Part shown: positions 23,454 to 31,909 of the stretch, one piece after another
How positions within the stretch are numbered: the first letter of the stretch is position 1
Layout: each line of letters begins with the position of its first letter
Source of the DNA: a virus
Taxonomy: Duplodnaviria; Caudoviricetes
Length of the DNA: 33,187 bases
Direction: 5' to 3' (one strand)
Virus record (IMG/VR): IMGVR_UViG_3300030606_000033
Span: 1 to 33,187 of that record
Translations under genes and position numbers: made by a program
The notes under the pieces: generated by a model
What the model was told of the DNA's origin: nothing
Databases searched by the model: none
What the model saw: only the letters and a program-made list of their open reading frames with translations

Positions 23454-23900
23454 CTATCGTAAAATGACCTTGATGGTCGGTGTTAGTGATTCATTGTTGG
23501 TTGGCGCAGCCACGACCCGGAAGTGAGTCCCCTCGACCGTCGTGCGCGTGTAGGTGTCGGTGTCCACATCGATGGCGGTGGCTAGCGCCGAGGCGCTGCT
23601 GTGGTTCAACCAGTTTGTCCCATCCGGCGAGACCTGTAAAGTAAACGTGGTCGTGTTCACCGCCGAGTCGTCAATGTCGATCAGCAGGTAAACCTCGGCC
23701 ACAGTTGGCGGAGTGTCCACCCCCAGGGCCGACCAGCGGCTGCCGCCAAAGTTGGTCTCCTCGGTGATCGCGCTTGTATTGAGCGTGCTCGCCACGACCC
23801 GGACCGCTTCCGGCGCGGCCGCGGCGTTCCACTGGACCGGCAGCAGCAGGCCCAGCAGGGCCAGACTGAAAAACAGTGTAGCTAAGAGTTTCTGGCGCAT
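23454..23900 (-). CDS. Signal-peptide-bearing beta-sandwich protein (paralog 1)
   Basis: GGAGGT RBS before ATG 23900; MRQKLL...NAAA signal peptide; FTLQVSPDGTNW..HFRV. Confidence 0.75.
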   Translation of the reverse strand: MRQKLLATLFFSLALLGLLLPVQWNAAAAPEAVRVVASTLNTSAITEETNFGGSRWSALGVDTPPTVAEVYLLIDIDDSAVNTTTFTLQVSPDGTNWLNHSSASALATAIDVDTDTYTRTTVEGTHFRVVAAPTNNESLTPTIKVILR

Positions 23901-23924
23901 GGGCACCTCCTTCAAAACTCAACG

Positions 23925-23958
23925 GTTGAACAGCGTCCAGGTGCGGGCGCTGTTCAAC
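23925..23958 (-). terminator. Strong hairpin after the major capsid gene (stabiliser or partial terminator)
   Basis: GTTGAACAGCG/CGCTGTTCAAC 11-bp perfect stem; U-tract weak. Confidence 0.55.
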
Positions 23959-23963
23959 TCCTT

Positions 23964-24860
23964 TTAGATCTCGGCTGTTCGCAGGACCGTTGCCTGGTTG
24001 TCGCGCAGCTCCGCGACCCCGTACAAAACATCGATGGTCACCTTGACCCCAAGTTTGTTGTGGTCATAACTGAGCGTGACCCGCAGCCCGATGCCATCCT
24101 CGTCCATCACGACCTGCACGACCCCACCGCCGGCCGGCGCCGGCGGCAGCGGCCGGGTGGCCAGGACCATCGCATTGCGGTGAAACAGCAGGTTCTTGGC
24201 CTCGCTGGCCGCAGTCGCAATCTTCTGGTCCAGGAACACGTCAAAACCCATGAACCGACCGGTAAACGCTCCGGCGGCCGCAGACCCCAGGCTCTCGGCG
24301 TAGTCCCGGTTGACGGCGCGCTCGATGCCCAGGAACTCGAAGTCGGCGTCTTCATGCAGCACAGTCGAGCGCATTCCCAGCGGCGCTCTAGCCGAATTCA
24401 ACTGCCGGCGCCCCTCGCGGAAGTGCGCCTCGGTCAGCCCGGTCGTCGCATCGATCGATTGGCTGAAGCCGGAGTAAAGCGCGGCCAGGTCGCCGTCGAT
24501 CTGCTCGACCATGACGCTCATGGCATCACCGGCGTATGCGGTGAGCCAATCGGCCCTGGCCAGGGCCTTGCCAAAGTCCTCGATGACGAATGACACTTCC
24601 TTGTGCTTGTTGAGTGTCACGCTGACTTTGGTCGCGGCGGGCGTTTGCAACGTGATGTCGCTGTTAGCGACCTTGTCGTTCACCGATAGCGACCCCGTGA
24701 ACGGGACATCGATGGTCTGGCCGTGGGTTGCGATCTCGTTATCGAAGTCCCTGTTGACCAGCCGCGCCAGGACCGTGTTCGCCCGTAGATACCCCAGCGC
24801 CTCGGCCCCAATGATGGTGGCGATATTGACCGATAGTTCGGTCGAAGTGATGTTTGCCAT
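23964..24860 (-). CDS. Major capsid protein (HK97 fold, P22-coat-like)
   Basis: LVNRDFD..GQTIDVP, GRFMGFDV, LLFHRNAM, IDVLYGV; follows the scaffold gene. Confidence 0.9.
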   Translation of the reverse strand: MANITSTELSVNIATIIGAEALGYLRANTVLARLVNRDFDNEIATHGQTIDVPFTGSLSVNDKVANSDITLQTPAATKVSVTLNKHKEVSFVIEDFGKALARADWLTAYAGDAMSVMVEQIDGDLAALYSGFSQSIDATTGLTEAHFREGRRQLNSARAPLGMRSTVLHEDADFEFLGIERAVNRDYAESLGSAAAGAFTGRFMGFDVFLDQKIATAASEAKNLLFHRNAMVLATRPLPPAPAGGGVVQVVMDEDGIGLRVTLSYDHNKLGVKVTIDVLYGVAELRDNQATVLRTAEI

Positions 24861-24881
24861 GGTTACGTCTCCTCATTAACT

Positions 24882-24949
24882 GAATTTGGTTTGTTGGGGT
24901 TTGACCTCGGCCAGACTCTGGACCGCGCGATCCCCAAAGCTCCAAATTC
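24882..24949 (-). promoter_or_regulatory. 68-nt long hairpin in the capsid-gene leader
   Basis: Nested pairings GAATTTGG/CCAAATTC, TTGGGG/CCCCAA and CCAG/CTGG. Confidence 0.6.
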
Positions 24950-24972
24950 GTTTTTTACGGGCAACGCCCCGG
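24947..24972 (-). repeat. 26-bp exact repeat, copy upstream of the capsid gene
   Basis: CCGGGGCGTTGCCCGTAAAAAACGAA, identical to 25574-25599. Confidence 0.9.
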
Positions 24973-24992
24973 GGAGCTGATCGATTGCTTAA

Positions 24993-25562
24993 CTACACCA
25001 GGTCGGTGACTGCCTTCCCCTTGGACGCCTTGCGGATCTCCTCCGGCGTCATCGTGCTAAAATCAAGCGGCTTGGCCCCCTGGCCCTTGCCGGCCGGTGG
25101 CACGCCTGGCCCTGTCGCCGGTTTCAGGAACTGGAGCAGCGTGTCGGCGTCCTTTTCCATATCCTCGGCAGTTTCGCCGGTCAGCCGGCCGGCCAGGTCG
25201 GCCGGGATGCCCTTCTTGGCCGCCACTTCGAGCCGGATCCGGGCCAGCTTCTCTGTCTTCAGCTCGACCTCCCGCTGCTTGGCCAGTTCTTCCCACTTGC
25301 CCTGCGCTTCGGCATCTTTGTCGGCGGCAGCCCTTTGATCGGCTTCCAACTTGGCCAACCGGTCGTTGGCTGTCTTTAGCGCATCATTGACCTCCTTGAA
25401 ACGGTCGTAAGGCACCGGGCCGGGTGGGTCGCTCGCCGGCGGTGTGGCCGGTGGAGGTGTCGCCGGCGGGTCCGCTTTGGGCGGATCAACCTTGGGCGGG
25501 TCGGCGCTACCACCGCCATCGCCTTGCCACAAAATGCGTGGGCCAAATAGATTAAATAACAT
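24993..25562 (-). CDS. Capsid scaffolding protein
   Basis: AAGGAG RBS before ATG 25562. Pro-rich N-terminus, VPYDRFKEVN, coiled coil, RLTGETAEDMEKDA. Confidence 0.85.
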   Translation of the reverse strand: MLFNLFGPRILWQGDGGGSADPPKVDPPKADPPATPPPATPPASDPPGPVPYDRFKEVNDALKTANDRLAKLEADQRAAADKDAEAQGKWEELAKQREVELKTEKLARIRLEVAAKKGIPADLAGRLTGETAEDMEKDADTLLQFLKPATGPGVPPAGKGQGAKPLDFSTMTPEEIRKASKGKAVTDLV

Positions 25563-25573
25563 ATCGTCTCTCC

Positions 25574-25599
25574 TTCGTTTTTTACGGGCAACGCCCCGG
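25574..25599 (-). repeat. 26-bp exact repeat, copy abutting the scaffold RBS
   Basis: Identical to 24947-24972. Confidence 0.9.
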
Positions 25600-26517
25600 T
25601 TATCGTCTCCTGCTGGTCGCGTGGGCCGGGTGGATCTCCACCCGCCGTCCCGTCTCCTGCCGGGCCTTGATTTCGGCCCGGGCGGCATCCCTCATCTCGC
25701 CGGTGGTCGGACCCACTTCCTCAAAATGCTCCAGCCACAACGCCTCGGACGTGCGACAGAAGTCGTGAAACGGTGGGTGCAGCTTTTCGTCGCTGAAGCG
25801 CGGCGTCCCGGTCAGCACAAACGGCTCGTCGAGCAACTGGATCTGGGCATGAGCCTGCAGACAACAGTCCGTCGTTCGCTCGTCGATGGCCGCGATCACC
25901 TGGTTTCGCCACTGCTGCCCGGCCTGGCTCTGGCCGGTGGCGTAGTAGACGCCCGTCGTCGTCACCGCCGTCGACCACATATCCAGGATGGTGTTCGCCG
26001 CCAGCAAATTCATCCCATGCCGCCACACGCTGGCCCGGTCCCGGACCTGCTCGGCGAACAGCCGCTCGACGATGACTGACTCTGGTTCGTCCCTGAGCCT
26101 GGCCAGCTCGGCCAGCAGCCTGGCCTGCGCCACGTCGACCCAACCGGTGGCGTTGTCGATAAACCCGGTCGCGACCGCCTGCCGCTCGGCCAGCGAGGCC
26201 GCCTCGACCCCGGCAAACGGTGGCGTGCCCGGATCAAACCGCTGCAGCAGCTCGAACTGTGTCTCGGCCAGGGTTCCGGCCACCTCGCCCAGGGCCTGGC
26301 TGTGCTCCCGGGCCACCTGGGTCAGCTGCGGTCGCAGCGCGTCCAGCTCGGCCCGGATCGCTGCCGGCAGCCCCGGATCACGTGCACCGGCGCCGGTCAA
26401 CCGGTCGACCAGGACCAGCCTGGCCGCCTGCACCGGCTTCTGGGCCGCGTCCAGATAGCGGCCCTCCAGGCGGATCATGTCCCGGTTGAACGTCTCGGCT
26501 GGTCGTAGGTCAGGCAT
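25600..26517 (-). CDS. Minor head protein (MuF/SPP1 gp7-like)
   Basis: IDERTTDCC and PPFHDFCRT motifs; follows the portal gene. Confidence 0.85.
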   Translation of the reverse strand: MPDLRPAETFNRDMIRLEGRYLDAAQKPVQAARLVLVDRLTGAGARDPGLPAAIRAELDALRPQLTQVAREHSQALGEVAGTLAETQFELLQRFDPGTPPFAGVEAASLAERQAVATGFIDNATGWVDVAQARLLAELARLRDEPESVIVERLFAEQVRDRASVWRHGMNLLAANTILDMWSTAVTTTGVYYATGQSQAGQQWRNQVIAAIDERTTDCCLQAHAQIQLLDEPFVLTGTPRFSDEKLHPPFHDFCRTSEALWLEHFEEVGPTTGEMRDAARAEIKARQETGRRVEIHPAHATSRRR

Positions 26518-26528
26518 CGCTCATGTTC

Positions 26529-27863
26529 CTACCCGTCATCATCGTCGTCCGGATCACCGCCCTGGCTGGGCTCAGGCGGCCGCTTCGGCGGTTGTCCCTC
26601 CTGGATCTGCATGCTCCGCTCGCGCTCCAGCGCCAGCGCTTGCAGTTCCAACTGCATCGCCGTCTCCGGGTCAAGCGGCAGCACCGGCCTTTCCTTGTCG
26701 AACGCCAGGGCCTCGTCGTCCAGGACCCCCAGTTCGGCCAGGCCCGTCATCGTCCTGGCGGCTCGCCCCGCCATCCGCAGGGCGTCGGCCAGGCCGTGGT
26801 CGTAATTGGGCCGGCAGCGCCTGACCTTCAGCACCAGCTCAAGGAGCTGCAGCTCAAGCGTCGCCGTCGCAATCTGGTCCTTTTTGCGCAGCTCGTCAAA
26901 GGCCATCTCCGGCAGCGCGCCATGGACCTGGTCCCTGATCTCACGCACGAAGTCCAGAATGCCGGGGATATCCACGCTGGGCAATACCGCCTTGACGTCT
27001 GCACCTGTTGGTAAAAACCAAATATTGTCGCCGGATTTGACCAGGTCGCTCGGCTCGGCCCCAACCACCGCCCACTGTGGCTCCGCATTTTTGCCGATGA
27101 TATCGGCCAGGTAGGAGGCCAGTTGGTTGACCTCGTCGAGCAGCGGGATGGCCTTCTGATAGGTCGACTCGCCCCACATCTCGCCGGTCTTGATGTGTTC
27201 GATCTCGACGAAAGGCACAAAGAGCAGCTCGTTCTTGTACTCAGGCTGCCTGCCGCCAAACTCCTGCGCCAGGCCATCCTTGAAGGTGCGCACGGCCTCG
27301 ACTGTGACGACCTCGGCGTATTCATACTCCTTGCCCGCAGCGTCCAGCCGGATCTCGACGTAGATACCCACCTGGGGCGTGTCGTCGTAGTCGCCGGCCT
27401 CGATGAGCAAAAAGCAGGTGGGCTTGACTGGCCTCACGATCACCCGGCCCGCATCCCTCAGATCGCTGATTTTTAGCCCACTGACCCCGTACTGGGCGCC
27501 GAAGTGGACGTACAGGACCCCATCGCGATCCCAGTCGGACCAGTCCAGCACCCGGTTGATTGCTGGCTGCCAGGCCGCGTTGAACGGCTGCTCGGTCGAG
27601 CCGTCGGGCAGCGCCCAGCCGCCGGGCACGATGCCGGCGTCGACGTCGACCGCCCTGGCCAGGGGCAAATACAGCGGTTTGATGCCCTTGTAGAGCCGTG
27701 GCCAGAGCCAGCCCACCTGCTCCCGGACCGCCTTGTAGATCGATCCGTCGTAATATTTGCGCCGGCGATCCAGCTCCTTCAGCCGCGCTTGCCAGCGGCC
27801 CTTGAAGGGTTTGAACTCGTCGGTGTCAAAAATGCTCTTGCGCTGCCTACTCTGTGTCGCCAT
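26529..27863 (-). CDS. Portal protein (SPP1-like)
   Basis: Follows terL; RKYYDG, FVPFVEI, GESTYQKAIPLLDEVN. Confidence 0.85.
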   Translation of the reverse strand: MATQSRQRKSIFDTDEFKPFKGRWQARLKELDRRRKYYDGSIYKAVREQVGWLWPRLYKGIKPLYLPLARAVDVDAGIVPGGWALPDGSTEQPFNAAWQPAINRVLDWSDWDRDGVLYVHFGAQYGVSGLKISDLRDAGRVIVRPVKPTCFLLIEAGDYDDTPQVGIYVEIRLDAAGKEYEYAEVVTVEAVRTFKDGLAQEFGGRQPEYKNELLFVPFVEIEHIKTGEMWGESTYQKAIPLLDEVNQLASYLADIIGKNAEPQWAVVGAEPSDLVKSGDNIWFLPTGADVKAVLPSVDIPGILDFVREIRDQVHGALPEMAFDELRKKDQIATATLELQLLELVLKVRRCRPNYDHGLADALRMAGRAARTMTGLAELGVLDDEALAFDKERPVLPLDPETAMQLELQALALERERSMQIQEGQPPKRPPEPSQGGDPDDDDDG

Positions 27864-29268
27864 AGTCGTCCAGTAGTCGCTCGATCTCCTCGTCAGTCCG
27901 GGCCGGCGCCGGCGCTGGCCCCAGTTGAGGCGCTTGGCCGTAGAAGTCGACCCGTCCGCTCTTCATCTGGCGACCTCCCTTGACAAACCCAAACTTGTCG
28001 ACCAGGCCATACGCGATAGCCTTCATCGCGTGGTTGTTCTTGTCGACCGGCTTATCGTCGGTCGGGTTGCCGTCCCGGTCGGTCGGTTTTCTATACTGGC
28101 CATACTCGGCCAGGGTGTGCTTGCACCGGTCCGGGTCGTGAAACAGGCGTGGCCCGCCCAGGCCGTTCAGAAACGTCTTGTGCCGGTCGATCCCATCCAG
28201 GACGCCGACTGCCTGGCTGCGCGGCCTCAGCCCGGTCAGGCTGGCCCAGATCTCCTCGGCGCTCTTCTGCGCGTGATGCTGCCGGACCGCCTTGTCAGCC
28301 ACAATCCGCTCGACCTTGGGCCACCACTCGCGCTGCTGGGCGATCCTGATCACCTGCTCGTGCGTGTGAAAATTGACATAAATTTCGTCAATGTGCCACA
28401 CTTCCCCGCCGTGAAACTGCACCGCCAGCACCGCGTATGTAGATGGATCGTAGCCCGGATCGACCCAGATTGTGACCGGCAGGCTAGTGTCAAATGGGCA
28501 GGGCCTGGCGTTTCGACTCCAGCTAAACTCCCTGGCAAAGACCAGGGCTCGGCTGGCCACCTTCTCCGCCGCGACCGTCCGCTTGAACTCGTCCTCGGGT
28601 AGGATCGCCTCGAGCCGCTTGATCTCCGGGTCGTCCCGGCCCAGCGGGTACAGGACCCGGTTGGTCCAGGCCGGCAGGCTATAGGTCTCGCCGTTCCAGG
28701 CGTTCCCCCTGGCGCTCAGCTCATCGACCGTGCCGGCATACCAACCAAAATTGTCCTTGAGCGTTCCGGCCAGGACCACCCGGCCTCGCACTCGTGTCAC
28801 CCTGCGGGCCGCCGCCAGCAGCACGCTGTAGCTGTCAATGATGCCGGCTTCGGTCAGGCAGATAATGTCAGGCTGCTCGCCCCGGGCGATGATGCTCGAC
28901 GCGCCCCGGTCCACGCTCAGCGTGGTCACCCGGCAGCCGGTCCGTGTCTCTAACGACCACGACCCCTGCTTCGGCTGGCTCACCCGCCTGGCGTCCAGCG
29001 CCCCCAGCCGGGTCAGGTTCTCGACCAGGTAGTTGAACTCAGGGTGCGTGTTGTCATACGTCTGGCCGACCAGGTAAACCAGCTTCGACCAGGGCACACA
29101 GGCCGTGATCTCAGCCGCCGAAACGTGCGATTTGCCGGCCCCCTCCGCCCCGACCAGCTGCAGAACGGTGGCCTGGCTGTTATGTATCCGGGCCTGGCTC
29201 GGGTTGGGATCGTGGCCCATCAACCGGAACGTCTTCCACTTCTGAGCCCGGTTTGGCCATCGACTCAT
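27847..29268 (-). CDS. terL: Terminase large subunit
   Basis: PNPSQ, Walker A GAEGAGKS, nuclease WVDPG, KPVDKNNHAM. Confidence 0.88.
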   Translation of the reverse strand: MSRWPNRAQKWKTFRLMGHDPNPSQARIHNSQATVLQLVGAEGAGKSHVSAAEITACVPWSKLVYLVGQTYDNTHPEFNYLVENLTRLGALDARRVSQPKQGSWSLETRTGCRVTTLSVDRGASSIIARGEQPDIICLTEAGIIDSYSVLLAAARRVTRVRGRVVLAGTLKDNFGWYAGTVDELSARGNAWNGETYSLPAWTNRVLYPLGRDDPEIKRLEAILPEDEFKRTVAAEKVASRALVFAREFSWSRNARPCPFDTSLPVTIWVDPGYDPSTYAVLAVQFHGGEVWHIDEIYVNFHTHEQVIRIAQQREWWPKVERIVADKAVRQHHAQKSAEEIWASLTGLRPRSQAVGVLDGIDRHKTFLNGLGGPRLFHDPDRCKHTLAEYGQYRKPTDRDGNPTDDKPVDKNNHAMKAIAYGLVDKFGFVKGGRQMKSGRVDFYGQAPQLGPAPAPARTDEEIERLLDDYGDTE

Positions 29269-29731
29269 TGTTTACCCCGATCAAAACGTTCAACCACAGC
29301 TTCAACCTGTCCTGCCCTGCGCCCTCGGGGGGTGCCTTCTGGGCCAGGAACTTCAGGGCTGACTGCGCGTCGTACAGCTCGATATCGAGCGTGTCATTGC
29401 CGACCAGGTCCTTGCCGACCTTCAGCCGCTTGACCAGGTGCAGCTTGTTCAGCGCCGCGTCTTTTTGCAGGTTGATAGTGACCCTGCCCGACAGGCTGAT
29501 GTCCACGAAATCGGCCATGGTGCCTCGGGCCTGGTCCGACAGGCGCATCAATGCCTCGTCTGCCGACATCGTCAGCTCACCGAGGTGGTCTTCGATCTCC
29601 TGGGCAAACTTCTTTCTCTTTGCCGGACCGATCTTGTTCGGCCACTTGTAATTGGCTCGCCTGGCCGCCTCAGTCGAATTCCAACATTGGTAATACTCGG
29701 CGAGCCAGACCCGCTCTTGTTGGCTTGACAT
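29180..29731 (-). CDS. terS: Terminase small subunit
   Basis: NSTEAARRANY HTH; ADEALMRLSDQARG; IELYDAQSAL; upstream of terL. Confidence 0.85.
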   Translation of the reverse strand: MSSQQERVWLAEYYQCWNSTEAARRANYKWPNKIGPAKRKKFAQEIEDHLGELTMSADEALMRLSDQARGTMADFVDISLSGRVTINLQKDAALNKLHLVKRLKVGKDLVGNDTLDIELYDAQSALKFLAQKAPPEGAGQDRLKLWLNVLIGVNNESMAKPGSEVEDVPVDGPRSQPEPGPDT

Positions 29732-29803
29732 ACCTATTTTTACCTAGCCCCTGAGGGCCGACTGTCCGCCCGGCGGACAGGGTTTAGGCGCTCGCCTCGG
29801 CAT

Positions 29804-30019
29804 CTACCCGTGACCGTTGCCACCTTGCCACAGATCCTCATGGACCATGGTCCATACCCGAGCCGTCCCGGCCCAGCCGGCCATGGCCAACCGCGCTAGG
29901 GTATGCCTGATCCGTCGCGTCCGCTCGCGCGGCAGGATGATCAGGATGAACATGACTACATTTAGGAATGTGTTCGCAATGGCGAACGCGACCAGCAGCC
30001 GCCTGAGAAAGCAACTCAT
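29804..30019 (-). CDS. Small membrane protein (lysis cluster?)
   Basis: One TM followed by a basic region; ATGA coupling. Confidence 0.6.
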   Translation of the reverse strand: MSCFLRRLLVAFAIANTFLNVVMFILIILPRERTRRIRHTLARLAMAGWAGTARVWTMVHEDLWQGGNGHG

Positions 30020-30423
30020 TTTTCGCCCCTGGGCTGCTCGCGCAGCAGCCCGTAATAATTCGCCGCGATCTTATCGATAGCCTCCTCAAATGCCTCGACC
30101 TGCACTTTGGAGTACGCCTGGAACATCTCCTGGCTCGACGCCTGCATTAACTTGAGCAGCTCGACCTGAGACAGACGCTGCTCCTGCAGCATCATCTCCA
30201 GCGCCTTCTGCGCGTCCACTCGCTCCTGCCGCAGCATGTCGCGCCATTTATCCTGCTCGATCAAATGGTACCGCGTCATCACGACGAATGTCCCGATGAA
30301 CAGCAGCACAATTGGATACTGCGCCCAGGCCGTGTCCGGAATAACATCAAACTGAATCAGGCCCAGGTATAGCACGGGCAGGATGGTCACCATGCGGACC
30401 GGCCAGTGAACCAGGTCAGACAC
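30016..30423 (-). CDS. Membrane protein with coiled coil (holin-associated type); start uncertain (30423 or 30393)
   Basis: TM segments followed by a heptad region; the longer ORF-track start overlaps the holin. Confidence 0.6.
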   Translation of the reverse strand: MSDLVHWPVRMVTILPVLYLGLIQFDVIPDTAWAQYPIVLLFIGTFVVMTRYHLIEQDKWRDMLRQERVDAQKALEMMLQEQRLSQVELLKLMQASSQEMFQAYSKVQVEAFEEAIDKIAANYYGLLREQPRGEK

Positions 30424-30427
30424 TGCC

Positions 30428-30658
30428 CTATCCAGGCTCGTCGGGCAGTACGTCAACCTCGATGTAGCCTTGCCCCTCGCCAGGCTCCGGGAAAGGCTCC
30501 GGTGTGAGATAGCCGACCACAAAGGCGAAGATGGTCGCCAGCGCCGCCGAAACGTCGCCGGGGATCTCAATCCCGCCATAGGTTTGAATAACCCAAACCA
30601 CGATGGTCGCCAGCGCCCCACCTAATGCAGCCGCTAAAACTTTTGCTCTTGGTGCCAT
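30428..30658 (-). CDS. Holin-like 2-TM protein
   Basis: GGAGG RBS; KVLAAALGGALATIVVW..IPGDVSAALATI..GYLTP. Confidence 0.65.
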   Translation of the reverse strand: MAPRAKVLAAALGGALATIVVWVIQTYGGIEIPGDVSAALATIFAFVVGYLTPEPFPEPGEGQGYIEVDVLPDEPG

Positions 30659-30667
30659 GCCAACCTC

Positions 30668-31051
30668 CTATTTCAATGGCCTAACATACAACGACACGAC
30701 CGGCGTCCGCTCGGCCTGCGCTAAAATCCGATCTCGTTTGGCCTGGCTAATTTCACCGGCCTCGACAAACGCCTCAAACAGTTTGTTTGAGACTGACTTT
30801 TTGACCTGAATAATTTTTGCGGCCATGGCATCGCCCAGTTCAAACTCGGCCAGGCCAACCGGGATCGCCACCCGGTGTGACTCGGAAATAAAAACACGAC
30901 CCCGGCCGGGGATACTGATCTCGTGATACTTGAGCGCAACCAGGTTGGCCTTGACCTGTTTTTCGAGCTCCCGGTACCGTTCGAACGAGGATTGCAGGTT
31001 CAATAGCTCCTCAACCATCTGTTTGGTTTGCGATACAGTTGGTTTGGCCAT
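30668..31051 (-). CDS. Phage hypothetical protein, 127 aa
   Basis: GGAGG RBS; tightly packed in the operon. Confidence 0.7.
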   Translation of the reverse strand: MAKPTVSQTKQMVEELLNLQSSFERYRELEKQVKANLVALKYHEISIPGRGRVFISESHRVAIPVGLAEFELGDAMAAKIIQVKKSVSNKLFEAFVEAGEISQAKRDRILAQAERTPVVSLYVRPLK

Positions 31052-31052
31052 C

Positions 31053-31202
31053 TCACCCCTCCGGCGTCGGCAACGGGCTGTCTGTCGTTGGTGTCACCAC
31101 CGGACTCGTCGCCGCCGGTGTAGGTGTCGCCGGCGGTGGGTCAGGCAGCCGGCAGGCAGCCAGCAACAAAACAATCGCAATAATCAAGGCGAAGGGTCTC
31201 AT
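31053..31202 (-). CDS. 49-aa lipoprotein with Pro/Thr-rich tail
   Basis: GAGGAGG RBS; MRPFALIIAIVLLLAAC lipobox. Confidence 0.7.
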   Translation of the reverse strand: MRPFALIIAIVLLLAACRLPDPPPATPTPAATSPVVTPTTDSPLPTPEG

Positions 31203-31212
31203 GTAAACCTCC

Positions 31213-31746
31213 TCAAATCCGATCCACCGCAGCGCGCCGTTTGGCCGTGCTGCAATGAAGGTATATGCTGGTCGTTGTGATATCCTCATGGCCGAGCAGG
31301 TCCCGGATGGTCTCCAGGTCAGTGTTAGCGTCCAGGAGCGCCACCGCGAACGAGTGCCGCAGCGAATGCGGATGCAAATCCTTCCGCAGGCCCGCACCGT
31401 GACCCAGTTCCTTGATCAGGCTTCTGATCCGCCTGTTACTGATGCGCCAGCCCCGGCTGCTGCAAAATACCGGTCCGGACTGGCGGCCGGCCAGGTGCTG
31501 ATCGAGCGCGGTGGCTGCCTCAGCGTGCAGCGGTACAAATCGTTCCTTAGACCGCTTACCAAATCGGACGTGGACGCTCAGAGCCTCAAAATCCAGGTCA
31601 TGAACATCGAGCATCCGCAGCTCATTGCTCCGGAGGCCGCTGTATAAAAATAGCGTGGCGATGGCCCGGTCCCTGGGCGTCATTTCCAGCGCCAGGAGCC
31701 GCCGGCGCTCAGGCTCGGTCAACCACGTCGGCAATTTCCTGGCCAT
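31213..31746 (-). CDS. Tyrosine recombinase, catalytic domain only (XerC/FimB-like)
   Basis: SGLR, GKRSKER, HSLRH, LLGH and TSIY give the complete R-K-H-R-H-Y set in 177 aa. Confidence 0.9.
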   Translation of the reverse strand: MARKLPTWLTEPERRRLLALEMTPRDRAIATLFLYSGLRSNELRMLDVHDLDFEALSVHVRFGKRSKERFVPLHAEAATALDQHLAGRQSGPVFCSSRGWRISNRRIRSLIKELGHGAGLRKDLHPHSLRHSFAVALLDANTDLETIRDLLGHEDITTTSIYLHCSTAKRRAAVDRI

Positions 31747-31909
31747 CTCACCGATTCCTATCCGATATCTGTCAAGTTACTGCCAAACCTCTGTCATGGC
31801 CGCAAATCCGCATTTCCGGCCATGTTCCTCCGTTCGCACTTGCGAACAACGACCAACCAAAAAACGACCAGGAAAATATTGAACACGGAGCTGAGACTCG
31901 CGTCCCCGC

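Noticed and set aside
25563-25688. N-terminal extension of the scaffold ORF (likewise the starts at 1760, 2689, 6133, 30621, 31397 and 32999)
   Set aside because: These overlap neighbouring genes or regulatory elements, and better-supported downstream starts exist.
31750-31777. Full dif site
   Set aside because: Only one XerD-like arm; the partner arm does not fit the 11-6-11 pattern.
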